Virus record (IMG/VR): IMGVR_UViG_3300031857_000156
Coordinates: 79 to 64,078 of that record
DNA: 64,000 nucleotides
DNA from: a virus
Taxonomy: Duplodnaviria > Caudoviricetes
Direction: 5' to 3' (one strand)
Positions within the stretch are counted from its first letter, which is position 1, and the number at the start of each line of letters is the position of its first letter. A program made the translations under genes and the position numbers. Positions 1-10,232 of the stretch are shown here, in pieces. The notes beneath the pieces are model-generated. The model worked only from the letters and a program-made list of their open reading frames with translations. It was not told where the DNA came from and did no database searches.

Positions 1-80
1 CCGGAGCGGGTGCAGGTGCTGGAGCCGGAGCGGGTGCAGGTGCTGGAGCGGGTGCAGGTGCTGGAGCCGGAGCGGGTGCA
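1..80. repeat. Pro-Ala coding tandem repeat (24-bp unit), shared with the window end
   Basis: Bases 1-39 are identical to 63962-64000; unit CCGGAGCGGGTGCAGGTGCTGGAG. Confidence 0.95.
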
Positions 81-2650
81 AACGGCCTAATTTCAGGAGC
101 TGGGGTTTCCGTTGGCGTTTTAACAGGCGGCGGAGTATAAGGCTCGATAATTGGGGCTGGAGCCGGCGGTTTAATTACAGGCTCGTTTTCAGGAGCAGGC
201 ACTTCTTCCGGCGGAATTACAGGTTCAGAGGGAGCGGGCACTAAATCTGGCTTTGGCTCATTTTCCGGTGCTGGTACATCTTGCGGCAAAATCACAGGCT
301 CGGCAGGAGCCGGTGTTGGCGCGGGTGCTGGAGCGGGTGCTGGAGCGGGTGCTGGAGCAGGCGCGGGCAAGCCAGCGGTGGGTGAAGAAACTATTTTTTG
401 AACATCTTGCGAATATCTATTTAATCTTGCAGTTTCAGCATCGGATTGGTTTGGAGTAAGTATGGGATTTACAACTGTTTCTCCCGACGAAGTTACAGTT
501 AAGGCAATCCCTGCGGAAGCAAGAAGCTGCTGCACGTATGGATTAGACGCAACAACCTGAGCAAATCTCGGATCGTTTGCTGCAAATCTAGCAATCTGTT
601 TTGCTACTTCTGGGGCCGCCCGAGCGGCAGTTTGTGTTGCTGCGCTTGCAGCAAGCGGTAACGCCAAAGCAGGAAGCGCGGCGGTTTGTTCGCCAGAGGT
701 TACATCCTCAAATACTTGACGTGCCATGGCTTCGCCAATGGCTCCAGCTTTTTCCTCATTAGAAAGAGGGCGATCTCCGACGGCAGCCTGAGCTATATTT
801 AATTCATTCTGATAATTTGGGTTTGCTTTTAATTCAGAATCAATTAGTTTATTTGAAACGGTTGCTTGTTTAGAAACATCAGAATTTATTTGAGAGACAG
901 CATTTGCTGCGTTAGCAGCGTCTTCTGGTGTTGCACCAGCACTAATTGCGGATTTGTAAGTTGAACTCCAGAGATTTTCTTCCCCAGTTTTTGTTTCAAA
1001 GCTAGAATTTGCTGCATCAACAATTGTTTTTGCAACTTCGGGGGTTTTTAATTTATCTGCCGCATCTAAAGTTCTTTGTAAACCGTTTGCAGCTGATATA
1101 GCACCCTGGATGTTTCCAGAAGAAATTGCCTCTACAACTCGAGCCGCAGCAGCTGCTGTTTGAAGATCCTGGCTTTTTGTTAATTGGCCTCCTATTTGAG
1201 CAACAGTTGTCCAATCATTTTTTGATACGGCATTTACCAAGTTAGCGGCTCTTGCAATATCTGAAATGTTAATGTTTCCAGAAACATTTATGCTTCCAAC
1301 GCTATTAGAAATTGTTGGGTTATTTATTAAAGAACTTACTACGCCAATTGGATCGTTGTTTTTAACTGCGTTAGCTACGTTTAAAGCGGTAGCTGTATTT
1401 GTGAACCCACCCACGCCGGCCAGTGACGCAAGGCCTCCCAAAACGTTTCCTTGTTTAATAGCTAAGGCCGCGCTTGCAACCTGAGCAAAAGGTTGAACAC
1501 CTGGTATAAAAGAAGCAGCAGCAAGCGCAGTTGATATTAATTGTCCTTGGCCCGTGTCCTCGCCGTAAGTACTAAATTGTACTTTTCCAGTTATAGGGTT
1601 TACAAACATATTGTAACCCGTCATGCCTGGACCGCTGTAAGTTTTACCGATGTCAATTCGATACGGCTCAGTCGCTTGTGTCCAACCCAAAGTTTGTGTT
1701 GGCGTTTTAACTATTTTTCCAACTGACACATCCGGTAAATAGTATTGAGTAAAAAAGTTTCCTTCTTCGTCTCGAATTTGGCGACTTTGAACTTGTTTTA
1801 ACTCTTCAGGAGTTAATTCACGACTAATGCTGCTTCCACCTTCATCACCATAAGGGTTGTACGCCGACACCATGTATTTTGGTGTTGTTGAACCTTCCTC
1901 AAATCTTTGGGACACCGAGCCTTCACGCAGAATATCTTCAAGTTTTAATTGATCAAGATTAGTAATACCTTTGCCAATTAAACCGCGGGCCATATCTAAA
2001 ACAACTTGTTCTCCGGCATTTGGATTTCGACCAAGCAATTTTGTTGCTTCATCATATCCAAAACCTACACTTTCTCCCGTTGTTCCAAAAATTCCTCCAC
2101 GCAACTCTCCAAGGTTTTGGACAATTTGTTGCGCCAATGGCAAAATTACAGTCTTGTCGTATATGTTTCCAGATCTGTCTACTGTTGCCTGTTCTGCAAC
2201 ATTCAATCCGGAATACTGCGGTGTCATGTTTTTTGCAATAAAATATGACGCTTGTTGCTGCGGTGTTAACCCTGTGGCTTTTTCAATGTCGCCAGCAGAT
2301 ACTTTAAATTGAGAAATTGCATTTGCAATTGCTGCAGGATCATTTTGATTTTGTTCAAGAAAATTTTTAATCTGCAGGTTTGTTAAAGGCGCTATTGGAG
2401 CCGGAGCTGGAGTTGGGGTCGGGGCTACGGTCGAAGGCAACCCAGAATAGGTCGGCGTGATGTTTGAGGTTTGAAAATAAGAAGCTTGTTGGGCAGGTGT
2501 GTAGCCCGTGGCCGCAGCAATATCAGACGCGGAAATGCCAAACTGCGCCGCAGCGTTTGAAATAGCTTGCGGGTCAGCTAGGTTTTGGGCGACAAAGTTG
2601 CTAATGTCAGCAGCTGAAAATTGCCCTTGATTTCCGAAAGTTTGGCTCAT
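1..2650 (-). CDS. N-terminal part of a giant putative internal virion/ejection protein, continuing at the other window end
   Basis: ATG at 2650 (MSQTFGNQGQFSAADISNFV...) just downstream of a late-type promoter motif. Absent from the ORF track, consistent with no stop before the edge; I spot-checked both ends only. Ends in PAPAPA repeats in frame with 63171..64000. Confidence 0.85.
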   Translation of the reverse strand, partial: MSQTFGNQGQFSAADISNFVAQNLADPQAISNAAAQFGISASDIAAATGYTPAQQASYFQTSNITPTYSGLPSTVAPTPTPAPAPIAPLTNLQIKNFLEQNQNDPAAIANAISQFKVSAGDIEKATGLTPQQQASYFIAKNMTPQYSGLNVAEQATVDRSGNIYDKTVILPLAQQIVQNLGELRGGIFGTTGESVGFGYDEATKLLGRNPNAGEQVVLDMARGLIGKGITNLDQLKLEDILREGSVSQRFEEGSTTPKYMVSAYNPYGDEGGSSISRELTPEELKQVQSRQIRDEEGNFFTQYYLPDVSVGKIVKTPTQTLGWTQATEPYRIDIGKTYSGPGMTGYNMFVNPITGKVQFSTYGEDTGQGQLISTALAAASFIPGVQPFAQVASAALAIKQGNVLGGLASLAGVGGFTNTATALNVANAVKNNDPIGVVSSLINNPTISNSVGSINVSGNINISDIARAANLVNAVSKNDWTTVAQIGGQLTKSQDLQTAAAAARVVEAISSGNIQGAISAANGLQRTLDAADKLKTPEVAKTIVDAANSSFETKTGEENLWSSTYKSAISAGATPEDAANAANAVSQINSDVSKQATVSNKLIDSELKANPNYQNELNIAQAAVGDRPLSNEEKAGAIGEAMARQVFEDVTSGEQTAALPALALPLAASAATQTAARAAPEVAKQIARFAANDPRFAQVVASNPYVQQLLASAGIALTVTSSGETVVNPILTPNQSDAETARLNRYSQDVQKIVSSPTAGLPAPAPAPAPAPAPAPAPTPAPAEPVILPQDVPAPENEPKPDLVPAPSEPVIPPEEVPAPENEPVIKPPAPAPIIEPYTPPPVKTPTETPAPEIRPFAPAPAPAPAPAPAPAPAPAPAPAPAP

Positions 2651-2662
2651 AGTTCTATATCT

Positions 2663-2673
2663 ACTTATACAAA
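2663..2673 (-). promoter_or_regulatory. Phage middle/late promoter core (TTTGTATAAGT)
   Basis: One of 11 copies of a TTTGYATWAGT-like motif, each just upstream of a gene or RNA in sense orientation. Confidence 0.7.
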
Positions 2674-2678
2674 AAACG

Positions 2679-2933
2679 CTATGATGTCGTCCCGTTAACT
2701 GAGCTTATTACAACCTTTGCCCAGTCTTGCCAAGTATCAAAAGTGTCTGGCCCCGGAAGAGCAAACACCGAAAACGTCGGAAGAGCCGCCATGCTATTGG
2801 CGAAATCTTTCCAGTTTGGCTCAGTGAGGTAAGGCAGCGGCTCCTCGCCAAAATAGTGGATCATGTTGCCGTTCCAGTTTTCCCACGTCATGTCATCGGT
2901 GAGAAATGGGATGCTTTGGTTTATAACGGACAT
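2679..2933 (-). CDS. Hypothetical virion-module protein
   Basis: 84 aa ORF translationally coupled to the upstream tail gene. Confidence 0.7.
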   Translation of the reverse strand: MSVINQSIPFLTDDMTWENWNGNMIHYFGEEPLPYLTEPNWKDFANSMAALPTFSVFALPGPDTFDTWQDWAKVVISSVNGTTS

Positions 2934-5107
2934 TACGGGCGCTCGTCGCCGTACTCGGCAGTAATTAAAACACGGCCCATTTCAAAGTTGCCGTTGACCG
3001 TATTAGAAGAAAACTTAATTTTTGATTCGCGGTTTTCGATTCGCAAATCAACTTTACCGTCATCTGGGCCAAACGTAAATATTGTTGAGTTAGACTGCTC
3101 GCCCCTAGCAAACTTTTTGCCAAGAATTTGCAAAGTCATGTCCCCGGTTTGCAAAAAGTCCGGTTCAATACGGCGAAGGTGAAGTCGCCGATTCACTCCT
3201 TTTGGTGCGTCTTGCGACGGGTCCCCGCCGACCCAGCTTATGTCGCAGGTGGTAATAGAAGCTGGTATAGCAAGCACGCCGTCATCGCTTTGGCTATTAA
3301 CGCTGTATTCTTGCTGCCATATTGTGTAACCATTTCTAACTGGATACACCGCGCTTCCTACAGCGGGCGGCGAAACAAACGCTGCGGTTGCCGTGATTAA
3401 GGTTGCGTTAACTGCTAAGATGTACTCCGCAGTGGCAACTGTGTAATAGTCATCTTGCGGGTTTGTATTAAACTGGAAGTTAGTGCCCGGCGGCAGATTT
3501 GATGTTGCGTCGCCATTTAAATAAAACTGATCGTTGCCCGGGGCTGGCTCTCCGCCAGGGGTTGCGATAATCGTGATTGGCTGGCCGAAGGTAGCAAAGT
3601 ACTCCCAGCCACACCAAATCGGTGTCGGAAACACCTCAGTCGTGTAACCACACGACCTACGCGCTCCGTCAGCCTGACCTGCATCGTACCAGAGCTTATC
3701 TTTAACGTTGTAGATGATCGCGTCCGTGCATTCTGTTGCCGTGCCGCGGGGATAAAAAAACCAAATCTCATTATATCTGGGCACTTTTGTAGCCCAAACT
3801 TTCTGGCGTTGCTCAAAGTTCAGATTGTCGTAGAACCAGTTTATGTTTTTATCGTTGGCTAACACCTGAACCGAGCCGTTGTATAGATAAAAACGGTCAA
3901 CGCCAGCCCAGTAATAAAGACCGTCCATTTCTACGACGGCATTTGATGATAGTATTGAGGTTTGGCTGGAAATGATGTCGTACTTCCAATACTGCTGTGG
4001 ATTGCCAGTAAAAGATACACGAATAAGGCTGTCCGTTGCCCAAAACAATCCTGACGGAGAGTTAGTTCCGCCGCGCACCGGCATGCCCTTTACTATCTTA
4101 CCCGCGGTCATGTTGACCCGGTTAGCCAGCGGACCATTCCAATCGTTAAAGTTTTGGTCCGCGTAGGTTGCTTCGACGTGGTTATTTGCTATAAAACCAT
4201 TTGATCCGTAAACAAAGATAAACGGATACAGCACGCACACGCCGCCGTCTACTTCGATTGGAGCATACGTTGGGTTTGTTCCATAGCTATCTGACAGCGC
4301 GGAAAAACTCCAAGTGTTTCCGGGTCCTGGTAAAATGTTTCCTGCGTACACCGGCGTTGGATTACCGTTGTCAATGTTTTCTAAATTTAATCCTGGATGA
4401 GCAAGGACCTGAAGCGCTCCGCCTTGCGGATTATATTGCATGTCAAATTGCCACAGTATTCTGTCGCTGCCAATTGGAAACGTGCTTGTAGCAATCCAAG
4501 CTGTTGACGGCGCCGATATTGGCATGGCCGGGCTGACTGTAACTGTAGTATAAATGTTAGCCGGAACAGCTACAATATTGTCACTATTCTCGGCATCAAT
4601 TATGTCGCCGGCTTCGCTTAACAAATACTGATTGGCAACATTGGCGTTTGAGGTAACTGCGGTTACCGTGTAAACTTGAGCGCCTGGAGTTTGACTAAAA
4701 ACAATTTTTGTGCCAACTGGAAACTTTGACACAAGATTACCCAGCACAGAAAAACTGCTGGCGTTTGAAAACATAATTGTAAAAGGGGAGTAGCCTACTT
4801 TAATTGTTGCCGGGTAAGGCCCGCTTCCCTGACCAAGTGTAGTGCCAGTAATAAAAGCGTCAACTGTGCTTTGATTACCCACAAACATGTAATTTAAACT
4901 GTTGTAGGCATTAATAATCATGCCTCGAGGAATGCCGCCCGGGTCGCGAAACATCTGCCGATAGCCGCCCATCTTCTTAGGCACGCCGCGCTGAAACCGA
5001 GTCCAAACACCGTCGGTAAACTCTCGCGACTCAAACGTAGTTCCGTCGCGTTTAATGCCAGGCTTTACACCCAGCGTGTAAATCAGCGCAAGGTTTTGGT
5101 CAGCCAT
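2933..5107 (-). CDS. Putative tail nozzle/stabilisation protein (P22 gp10/T7 gp12-like role)
   Basis: 724 aa, beta-rich, positioned between adaptor genes and internal-protein genes; role inferred from synteny. Confidence 0.6.
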   Translation of the reverse strand: MADQNLALIYTLGVKPGIKRDGTTFESREFTDGVWTRFQRGVPKKMGGYRQMFRDPGGIPRGMIINAYNSLNYMFVGNQSTVDAFITGTTLGQGSGPYPATIKVGYSPFTIMFSNASSFSVLGNLVSKFPVGTKIVFSQTPGAQVYTVTAVTSNANVANQYLLSEAGDIIDAENSDNIVAVPANIYTTVTVSPAMPISAPSTAWIATSTFPIGSDRILWQFDMQYNPQGGALQVLAHPGLNLENIDNGNPTPVYAGNILPGPGNTWSFSALSDSYGTNPTYAPIEVDGGVCVLYPFIFVYGSNGFIANNHVEATYADQNFNDWNGPLANRVNMTAGKIVKGMPVRGGTNSPSGLFWATDSLIRVSFTGNPQQYWKYDIISSQTSILSSNAVVEMDGLYYWAGVDRFYLYNGSVQVLANDKNINWFYDNLNFEQRQKVWATKVPRYNEIWFFYPRGTATECTDAIIYNVKDKLWYDAGQADGARRSCGYTTEVFPTPIWCGWEYFATFGQPITIIATPGGEPAPGNDQFYLNGDATSNLPPGTNFQFNTNPQDDYYTVATAEYILAVNATLITATAAFVSPPAVGSAVYPVRNGYTIWQQEYSVNSQSDDGVLAIPASITTCDISWVGGDPSQDAPKGVNRRLHLRRIEPDFLQTGDMTLQILGKKFARGEQSNSTIFTFGPDDGKVDLRIENRESKIKFSSNTVNGNFEMGRVLITAEYGDERP

Positions 5108-5109
5108 TT

Positions 5110-6378
5110 TTAAAACGTGCCGCCGGGAATTAAGCCTGCATTAAATGTTGCGGTGGTTGAGACTTGGGGCGACCCTGGGTTTGTGTTGTTAAAGCGCATC
5201 ATGTCAGCGCCGTTGGTTGCGACACGCATGTCGTTCGTGCCAGCCAAATACAAGCCGGTGTCGGTGTTGCTGGTAAACGTGAAGGACGGAGCAGACACGG
5301 AGCCGTTATCGGCGTAGTAAACGCCGGTCGTGGATTGTGTCAGGATGTACAGGTCCACCCCATCGCTTAACAGGATGGCCGTGACGCCGTTTGCAAAGGA
5401 CACCGGAGCTCCGAGGCCACCATCAATTTGGAAAGTGATTGAATACCCGCTTTGTCCTGTGGCGTTATTGACCACATAAATCTGCGTAATGGCCGGCAGA
5501 GTAACGGCTAGGTTTTGAGTTCGCGTTCCCGATGTCGCAACATAAGTCTGAATGGTCGGCGCAAAAGTAATAAGACTTAATGTGTTTCCAACAATATTAT
5601 CTACGTCGTAAACGGCGGAACTGTACGTAACAACAGACTGACTTGATAAACCTATTGTAAAAAAGTGCCCTGTGTTTTTATTAAGGCAAACAAGCGCAGA
5701 ATCGCCGGGATAAAAAGTAACTGTTGAAGTGCCGTTAATTGTGTTGGCACCTTGAGATGACACTGATAATGATCCAGTGCCTCCGTTGCGGATCATTATG
5801 TACCAGCCTGTGCTTACAGATGCCGCGGTTGGGAGGGTAAACACACCGGCGCCGCCAGTCCAAACATAAGAATAAGCACGAGTAGCTTCATTGAGTGTGG
5901 GGGCTACGGCCGTTTCAATAGTTATTGTGGAGGTTTGCAATAACCCGTTTAGGTTAATTAGCCCGTTGCCGACTAACGACGCAGCATCGGCAGACGACGT
6001 GCCCGTTCCGTAAGTAAAGTTACGATAAACGCCATCGGTTGTTGAATTGTTGGTTAGATAAAAATACCGAGCTTCGCCGGCCGGGATTGATACGGACGGT
6101 GAACCGGATTGCACTTGTACCGTAAAAGTGTTGCTACCAACGTTTCTAAACAGGATGTCTGTACCGACAGACTGCTGATTTCCTGGGGGCAGCGTGATGG
6201 TTAATCCGCCCGTAGTGGCGTTGCAATCCATGATCCGGGCCACTGCCACGGTCGTTCCGCCGGAGACCGTGTAGTCGGGCCAAGATAGCTCTTGGTTGGT
6301 GCCAAATGTTAGGGCACGGTAACTGACGTCTGTAGGCTGTACTACGTCGCCTGTGAATGGTGAAGTGTATGTAGTCAT
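5110..6378 (-). CDS. Tail structural/fibre-like protein
   Basis: 422 aa, T/G/S-rich; C-terminal GSVSAPSFTFTSNTDTGLY fibre-type motif. Confidence 0.6.
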   Translation of the reverse strand: MTTYTSPFTGDVVQPTDVSYRALTFGTNQELSWPDYTVSGGTTVAVARIMDCNATTGGLTITLPPGNQQSVGTDILFRNVGSNTFTVQVQSGSPSVSIPAGEARYFYLTNNSTTDGVYRNFTYGTGTSSADAASLVGNGLINLNGLLQTSTITIETAVAPTLNEATRAYSYVWTGGAGVFTLPTAASVSTGWYIMIRNGGTGSLSVSSQGANTINGTSTVTFYPGDSALVCLNKNTGHFFTIGLSSQSVVTYSSAVYDVDNIVGNTLSLITFAPTIQTYVATSGTRTQNLAVTLPAITQIYVVNNATGQSGYSITFQIDGGLGAPVSFANGVTAILLSDGVDLYILTQSTTGVYYADNGSVSAPSFTFTSNTDTGLYLAGTNDMRVATNGADMMRFNNTNPGSPQVSTTATFNAGLIPGGTF

Positions 6379-7001
6379 TACGGCTCCAACACGTTAGTGT
6401 TGCGGTCGATGTTACGGGAGGCATTTTCTGCCTTGAGCGCGGTCATAGTGGCATCATACATTTGTTTCCAAAGTTGCAACTTGTCCGGACTCTTAAGGTA
6501 AGTCTGAGCTTGCAACAGCGTACCAAACAAAAGTGCCTGCGGCGCTTCGCGTGTTATTAAATTTTCTTGGTTTGTCGAATCCAGTGGCTGGATTCTGCTG
6601 TAGTAAATAATCTCAACCGTGTAGGCCGCGTCCGGAACCGGGGCAAGCATCCAGTGGTTGTAATCATAGTCTGCGTAGTATTTAGGTTGCCCTTGTGCGG
6701 ATTCTCCTTGATACTGCGCCACGTACTCTTGGGAGCGATGCAATACCGGCTCGCCAGCAATCTTCATCGAAACAGTCTTTCTCCAGCGTGCCGGTTTAAC
6801 TAGCACCGAACCTGGATTACCAGACGTTGTGGTTGTAGTAACTACACTTAGTTCCCACAGTGTTTTTACTTGAGCCGCAATCTCTTGCTCGGCCATAGCA
6901 ATCAGACGCGGGATTTGCTCTACAAAAGAGTCATCATCCCGCTCTGAATACCTGATCACGTCTTGGACCAGGCTGTCGTAAGTCATCACATAAGCTGACA
7001 T
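6378..7001 (-). CDS. Putative head-tail adaptor (tail tubular protein A-like)
   Basis: 207 aa with GQPKYYA...LAPVPDAAYTVEIIY motif typical of podoviral adaptors. Confidence 0.65.
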   Translation of the reverse strand: MSAYVMTYDSLVQDVIRYSERDDDSFVEQIPRLIAMAEQEIAAQVKTLWELSVVTTTTTSGNPGSVLVKPARWRKTVSMKIAGEPVLHRSQEYVAQYQGESAQGQPKYYADYDYNHWMLAPVPDAAYTVEIIYYSRIQPLDSTNQENLITREAPQALLFGTLLQAQTYLKSPDKLQLWKQMYDATMTALKAENASRNIDRNTNVLEP

Positions 7002-7004
7002 AAT

Positions 7005-8060
7005 TTACCTGGTGTAGTAATGGATGCTAGGTTGATAGTAGATAGGCGACTTATCGCGCTCTTCGTCTGCCGCCATTTGATACCATTGATCGGCTTGCTT
7101 CTCCAGGTACGCAACTCGATTCATGTCCACGTTTGGTAACTGCAACGCAACTTGGTGTGAGAGCTGTTTTTGGACTGCGCCAATCCAGCGGTTGGGAATG
7201 TACAACTCATTTGTGAGTGTACCAACATCTTGCAGCTGCTTCTCAATGATTAATTGAAAGAGCTGGAAATCATTATTAGGAATCGGCCACAGATACATCT
7301 GCGGCGTGATCTGGCGGTCAAACCAAAACTGCAGCGAGCGCTGACTTTGAAACTGTTTGTTTGGGAGATTCCAATAATCGTCACGGTTTAGCCGCGACAG
7401 AGGAATGTCTTGTTGGGTGTAAGAAAAAGATAGCTGGCGCAACGAGAATGTTGACGCCACGGTTTCACGCAGCCGGTAGAAGTTTCTCAGCGGCGTCGGA
7501 TCGATTGGGAAGTAATACCACTCACGATCTGCCAACGTGATGGTTGGCAGTGTCTCCCGCACCGTCCAGGTAATGCCGTCTTCGCTTGTCTCAAATACAA
7601 AATTATACGTCGAAGCGCCGTAAGCATTAAACCCAATCTGATAAATCCGCTGGCCCTGGGTGTACCCAGCGCCAAAAAAGTTAGCCCCGATTGTAGATGT
7701 GGCAAACGTATCTAGCGAATTATCAAACAGATTACCCGCGTTGGGGTTACTCACCGGCAGCGCTTGGGAGATAGCCGGCGTGTCAATATAACGCCAGTTA
7801 GCCTCGCGCACATCAATGGTGCCCTCTGGCAGCGTGATGATGGTCTGGTCTTTTACAGTCCCAATCAGTTTATTTTCCAGCATCCACAGGTTGACCCCGC
7901 GGTTGGAAAGATTTTGGAGAATGTAAAAGAGCGCCTGTTTGCCGGCGTCAATATACTGAGAAGTTTGCTCTTCGGCAGGCTTGCCCGCCTCTCGAAAAGC
8001 ATACTCAATCAGTTGACCAACGTTTATTTTGGTCTGGTTGGTCGTGCCCGAGTAGGCCAT
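7005..8060 (-). CDS. Putative head-tail connector/adaptor protein
   Basis: 351 aa with adaptor-like YLWPIPN motif and an inserted beta domain; synteny. Confidence 0.55.
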   Translation of the reverse strand: MAYSGTTNQTKINVGQLIEYAFREAGKPAEEQTSQYIDAGKQALFYILQNLSNRGVNLWMLENKLIGTVKDQTIITLPEGTIDVREANWRYIDTPAISQALPVSNPNAGNLFDNSLDTFATSTIGANFFGAGYTQGQRIYQIGFNAYGASTYNFVFETSEDGITWTVRETLPTITLADREWYYFPIDPTPLRNFYRLRETVASTFSLRQLSFSYTQQDIPLSRLNRDDYWNLPNKQFQSQRSLQFWFDRQITPQMYLWPIPNNDFQLFQLIIEKQLQDVGTLTNELYIPNRWIGAVQKQLSHQVALQLPNVDMNRVAYLEKQADQWYQMAADEERDKSPIYYQPSIHYYTR

Positions 8061-8063
8061 GGA

Positions 8064-8243
8064 TTATCTCCCGCGGCCGGCTGCTCGCTTAGGGGCCTGG
8101 GATTTGACGCGCTCGGGAAGGTTCTTTTTGGCGGGGCCTGCTTTTACAAACTCTTTGCCAACTTTTTTGGGAATGCCAATATTGCTTTTACCCGCCGCTG
8201 CGGCGTACATAGCGCGCTGCTGTGCCTTTGATTCGATAGGCAT
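8064..8243 (-). CDS. Small basic protein ([16 protein letters not shown]...)
   Basis: 59 aa ORF read by eye, below the track cutoff; start overlaps the stop of 8243..8869. Confidence 0.7.
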   Translation of the reverse strand: MPIESKAQQRAMYAAAAGKSNIGIPKKVGKEFVKAGPAKKNLPERVKSQAPKRAAGRGR

Positions 8244-8869
8244 TATATCCTCCCTCCCATTGCTCGACCAACCGCTGTAAGGCCTCGCATTAGGTCTTCT
8301 TCAGCACCCATAGGATAAGCGTTGCCCATGCCGCCTGTGGCAGTAGCCGCACCCATACCACCTTGCGAAGCTTCAACCGCCCTAGCGGCGTCTGAAAGCA
8401 GGTTGCTCATGTCGTCTTCTCTACCAGCACGCATCGTCCCGACAGAACTGCCTTCTGCGTACCCAATAGGCTCCTTGGATTTTTTGGCTGCTGCGGACGG
8501 AGCCGACGCCTTAGCAGCCTTTGTCTTTTTTACTTCAGCAACCTTTTTGCGATCTTCTTTGTCCATCTTCATGCTGATCGCGCCGCCGTCTTTCATGGGG
8601 TTGCACAAGCCACCGGTTTTGTATTTATTAACCACGCCGCCGGTCTTTTTGACGCGCCGGCCAGTCTTAAGCTTAAGCTCCGTTTTGCCCTCGCCTTTGT
8701 GCTTGGCGCCCTCGTGCTGGCCGACAGCCTTTTTGATCATCGACTTATCTTTGGCGATGTCCTTGGCCTCTTCCTTTTCCTCAGAGTGTTTTTTACGGGA
8801 GACATAGCCGCCTTCTTTATAACAGCTGATGTCAGACTTCATTTTGACATTTGGTTTAAATCCTTCCAC
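8243..8869 (-). CDS. Lys-rich putative internal head protein with repeated xxGG motifs
   Basis: 208 aa with YKEGG, KKTGG, YKTGG and MKDGG; AGGAG RBS and its own late-type promoter. Confidence 0.7.
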   Translation of the reverse strand: MEGFKPNVKMKSDISCYKEGGYVSRKKHSEEKEEAKDIAKDKSMIKKAVGQHEGAKHKGEGKTELKLKTGRRVKKTGGVVNKYKTGGLCNPMKDGGAISMKMDKEDRKKVAEVKKTKAAKASAPSAAAKKSKEPIGYAEGSSVGTMRAGREDDMSNLLSDAARAVEASQGGMGAATATGGMGNAYPMGAEEDLMRGLTAVGRAMGGRI

Positions 8870-8906
8870 GGCAGTGCTCCTTTTAAAAGTTGTGGATTCT
8901 CTTACT

Positions 8907-8917
8907 ACTTATGCAAA
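8907..8917 (-). promoter_or_regulatory. Phage middle/late promoter core (TTTGCATAAGT)
   Basis: Consensus copy upstream of the ATG at 8869. Confidence 0.7.
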
Positions 8918-8935
8918 AAACGGGGCCAAAATAGC

Positions 8936-9412
8936 CTAGCTTAGGTATAGAGCTTTCTCGTCTTTGCGGCGTTTTACCAGGCCCGGCAGCTCCTTGCCGC
9001 CTGCCTTAGTCCACGCCATGAAAGACTCGGCTGCCTCATCAAACTCTCCGCGGTTGTGCTTCATGCGGATGGTTGACCTCTGCAGGTTACCTAGACCAGC
9101 GTTGAAAGCGAATGAAACGAGTGCACCAAAGCGACCAGGAGTAAGGCCATTAGGACATAATCTGAGTACCCCTGTTTCAAACCTTGCCAGATCTTGAGCA
9201 AGAATCTGGTTAACCTCGTCCATGCTGAGGGTTCGGTCCCAGCCGTCGGGGATGGGTAGATTTTTTCTATCCTCAAGCTTTACTCCAATGTGCCGCGGGT
9301 CAATTACATGGCCTACCGCAGTGGTCCAAAGTAGCGCCGGGCAGCGGTAAGGGCGTGTTCGCACGCCCTCGTGATGTTTTATCATCTCGATAACGCGCTG
9401 CTCTACTTTCAT
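8936..9412 (-). CDS. Endolysin, GH24 lysozyme
   Basis: HEGVRTRPYRCPALLWT catalytic region, ALVSFAFNAG and GLVKRRKDE motifs. Confidence 0.92.
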   Translation of the reverse strand: MKVEQRVIEMIKHHEGVRTRPYRCPALLWTTAVGHVIDPRHIGVKLEDRKNLPIPDGWDRTLSMDEVNQILAQDLARFETGVLRLCPNGLTPGRFGALVSFAFNAGLGNLQRSTIRMKHNRGEFDEAAESFMAWTKAGGKELPGLVKRRKDEKALYLS

Positions 9413-9891
9413 TTCTTAAACGACTGAGTGCCAAACCAAAATGCGATTACGGATGAGAATATGATGGCGCTGTCCTCGTCCCATAGCACCTCCATGGCCA
9501 TCTCAAACGGCACTCCCGTCTTCCATGCATAGAAGAACCCAAAAATGTTTACAAAGAGCAGCATCGAGAACATGCCGTAGGTAATTATTGGCCGCACGGA
9601 AGCTCTCAAATTTATCACCCATTGCGATGCGCCCTTGCCAATCTCAATGTCGTGCTTGTAGAGCGCCTCTCGCTCCTGCACCGCGGTCTGCATCGCCACC
9701 TGATCTGTGCGGATCTCCTCGATGCGGGCCTGGGCTACATACCCCGCAGCCAACATCTTTAACTCGCGCTCAGTTTGCATCTGGGCAAGCTCGAGCTCAT
9801 GCTTCTTATCTGAGCGGTCCTGGAAGAAGTCTAAGATCTTGGGCAGACCGCCCATCAGAAAAGATATGAGGGTAGAAAGTAGCGTGATCAT
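9409..9891 (-). CDS. Holin (3TM, gene-transfer-agent type)
   Basis: SVRPIITY and FWFG motifs, transmembrane segments, adjacent to the endolysin. Confidence 0.75.
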   Translation of the reverse strand: MITLLSTLISFLMGGLPKILDFFQDRSDKKHELELAQMQTERELKMLAAGYVAQARIEEIRTDQVAMQTAVQEREALYKHDIEIGKGASQWVINLRASVRPIITYGMFSMLLFVNIFGFFYAWKTGVPFEMAMEVLWDEDSAIIFSSVIAFWFGTQSFKK

Positions 9892-10232
9892 TTAGCGTCT
9901 CCCATGCTGACGGTGTCGTCACCCTTACGTACGGTCACCTTACCGTCCTCAACGTCCACACGCATTGGCGGCTCTTTCTGATCGAGTCTGGCGATTAGGT
10001 TTTGTATTACCTGAAACTCAGGCTTCTCTTCCTTATCCTTGGTGCCGGTAATGCCACCGATCATGGAGATCAGCGCCATGATGACGCCAGAGGCCATGCC
10101 CACGATTGGAGTCAGCGCCTCGGAAGATAGCTGCATGGCCGAGTAGATTACCATGCCAACCATCAGCACAATGGCCGGGATGCCTATGACCCCGATAACC
10201 TTACTTGCCAGTTCCTTTGCAGTCTTTTCCAT
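9888..10232 (-). CDS. Membrane protein of the lysis module
   Basis: Two hydrophobic helices; probable start MEKTAK at 10232, coupled to the upstream stop. Confidence 0.6.
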   Translation of the reverse strand: MEKTAKELASKVIGVIGIPAIVLMVGMVIYSAMQLSSEALTPIVGMASGVIMALISMIGGITGTKDKEEKPEFQVIQNLIARLDQKEPPMRVDVEDGKVTVRKGDDTVSMGDAK

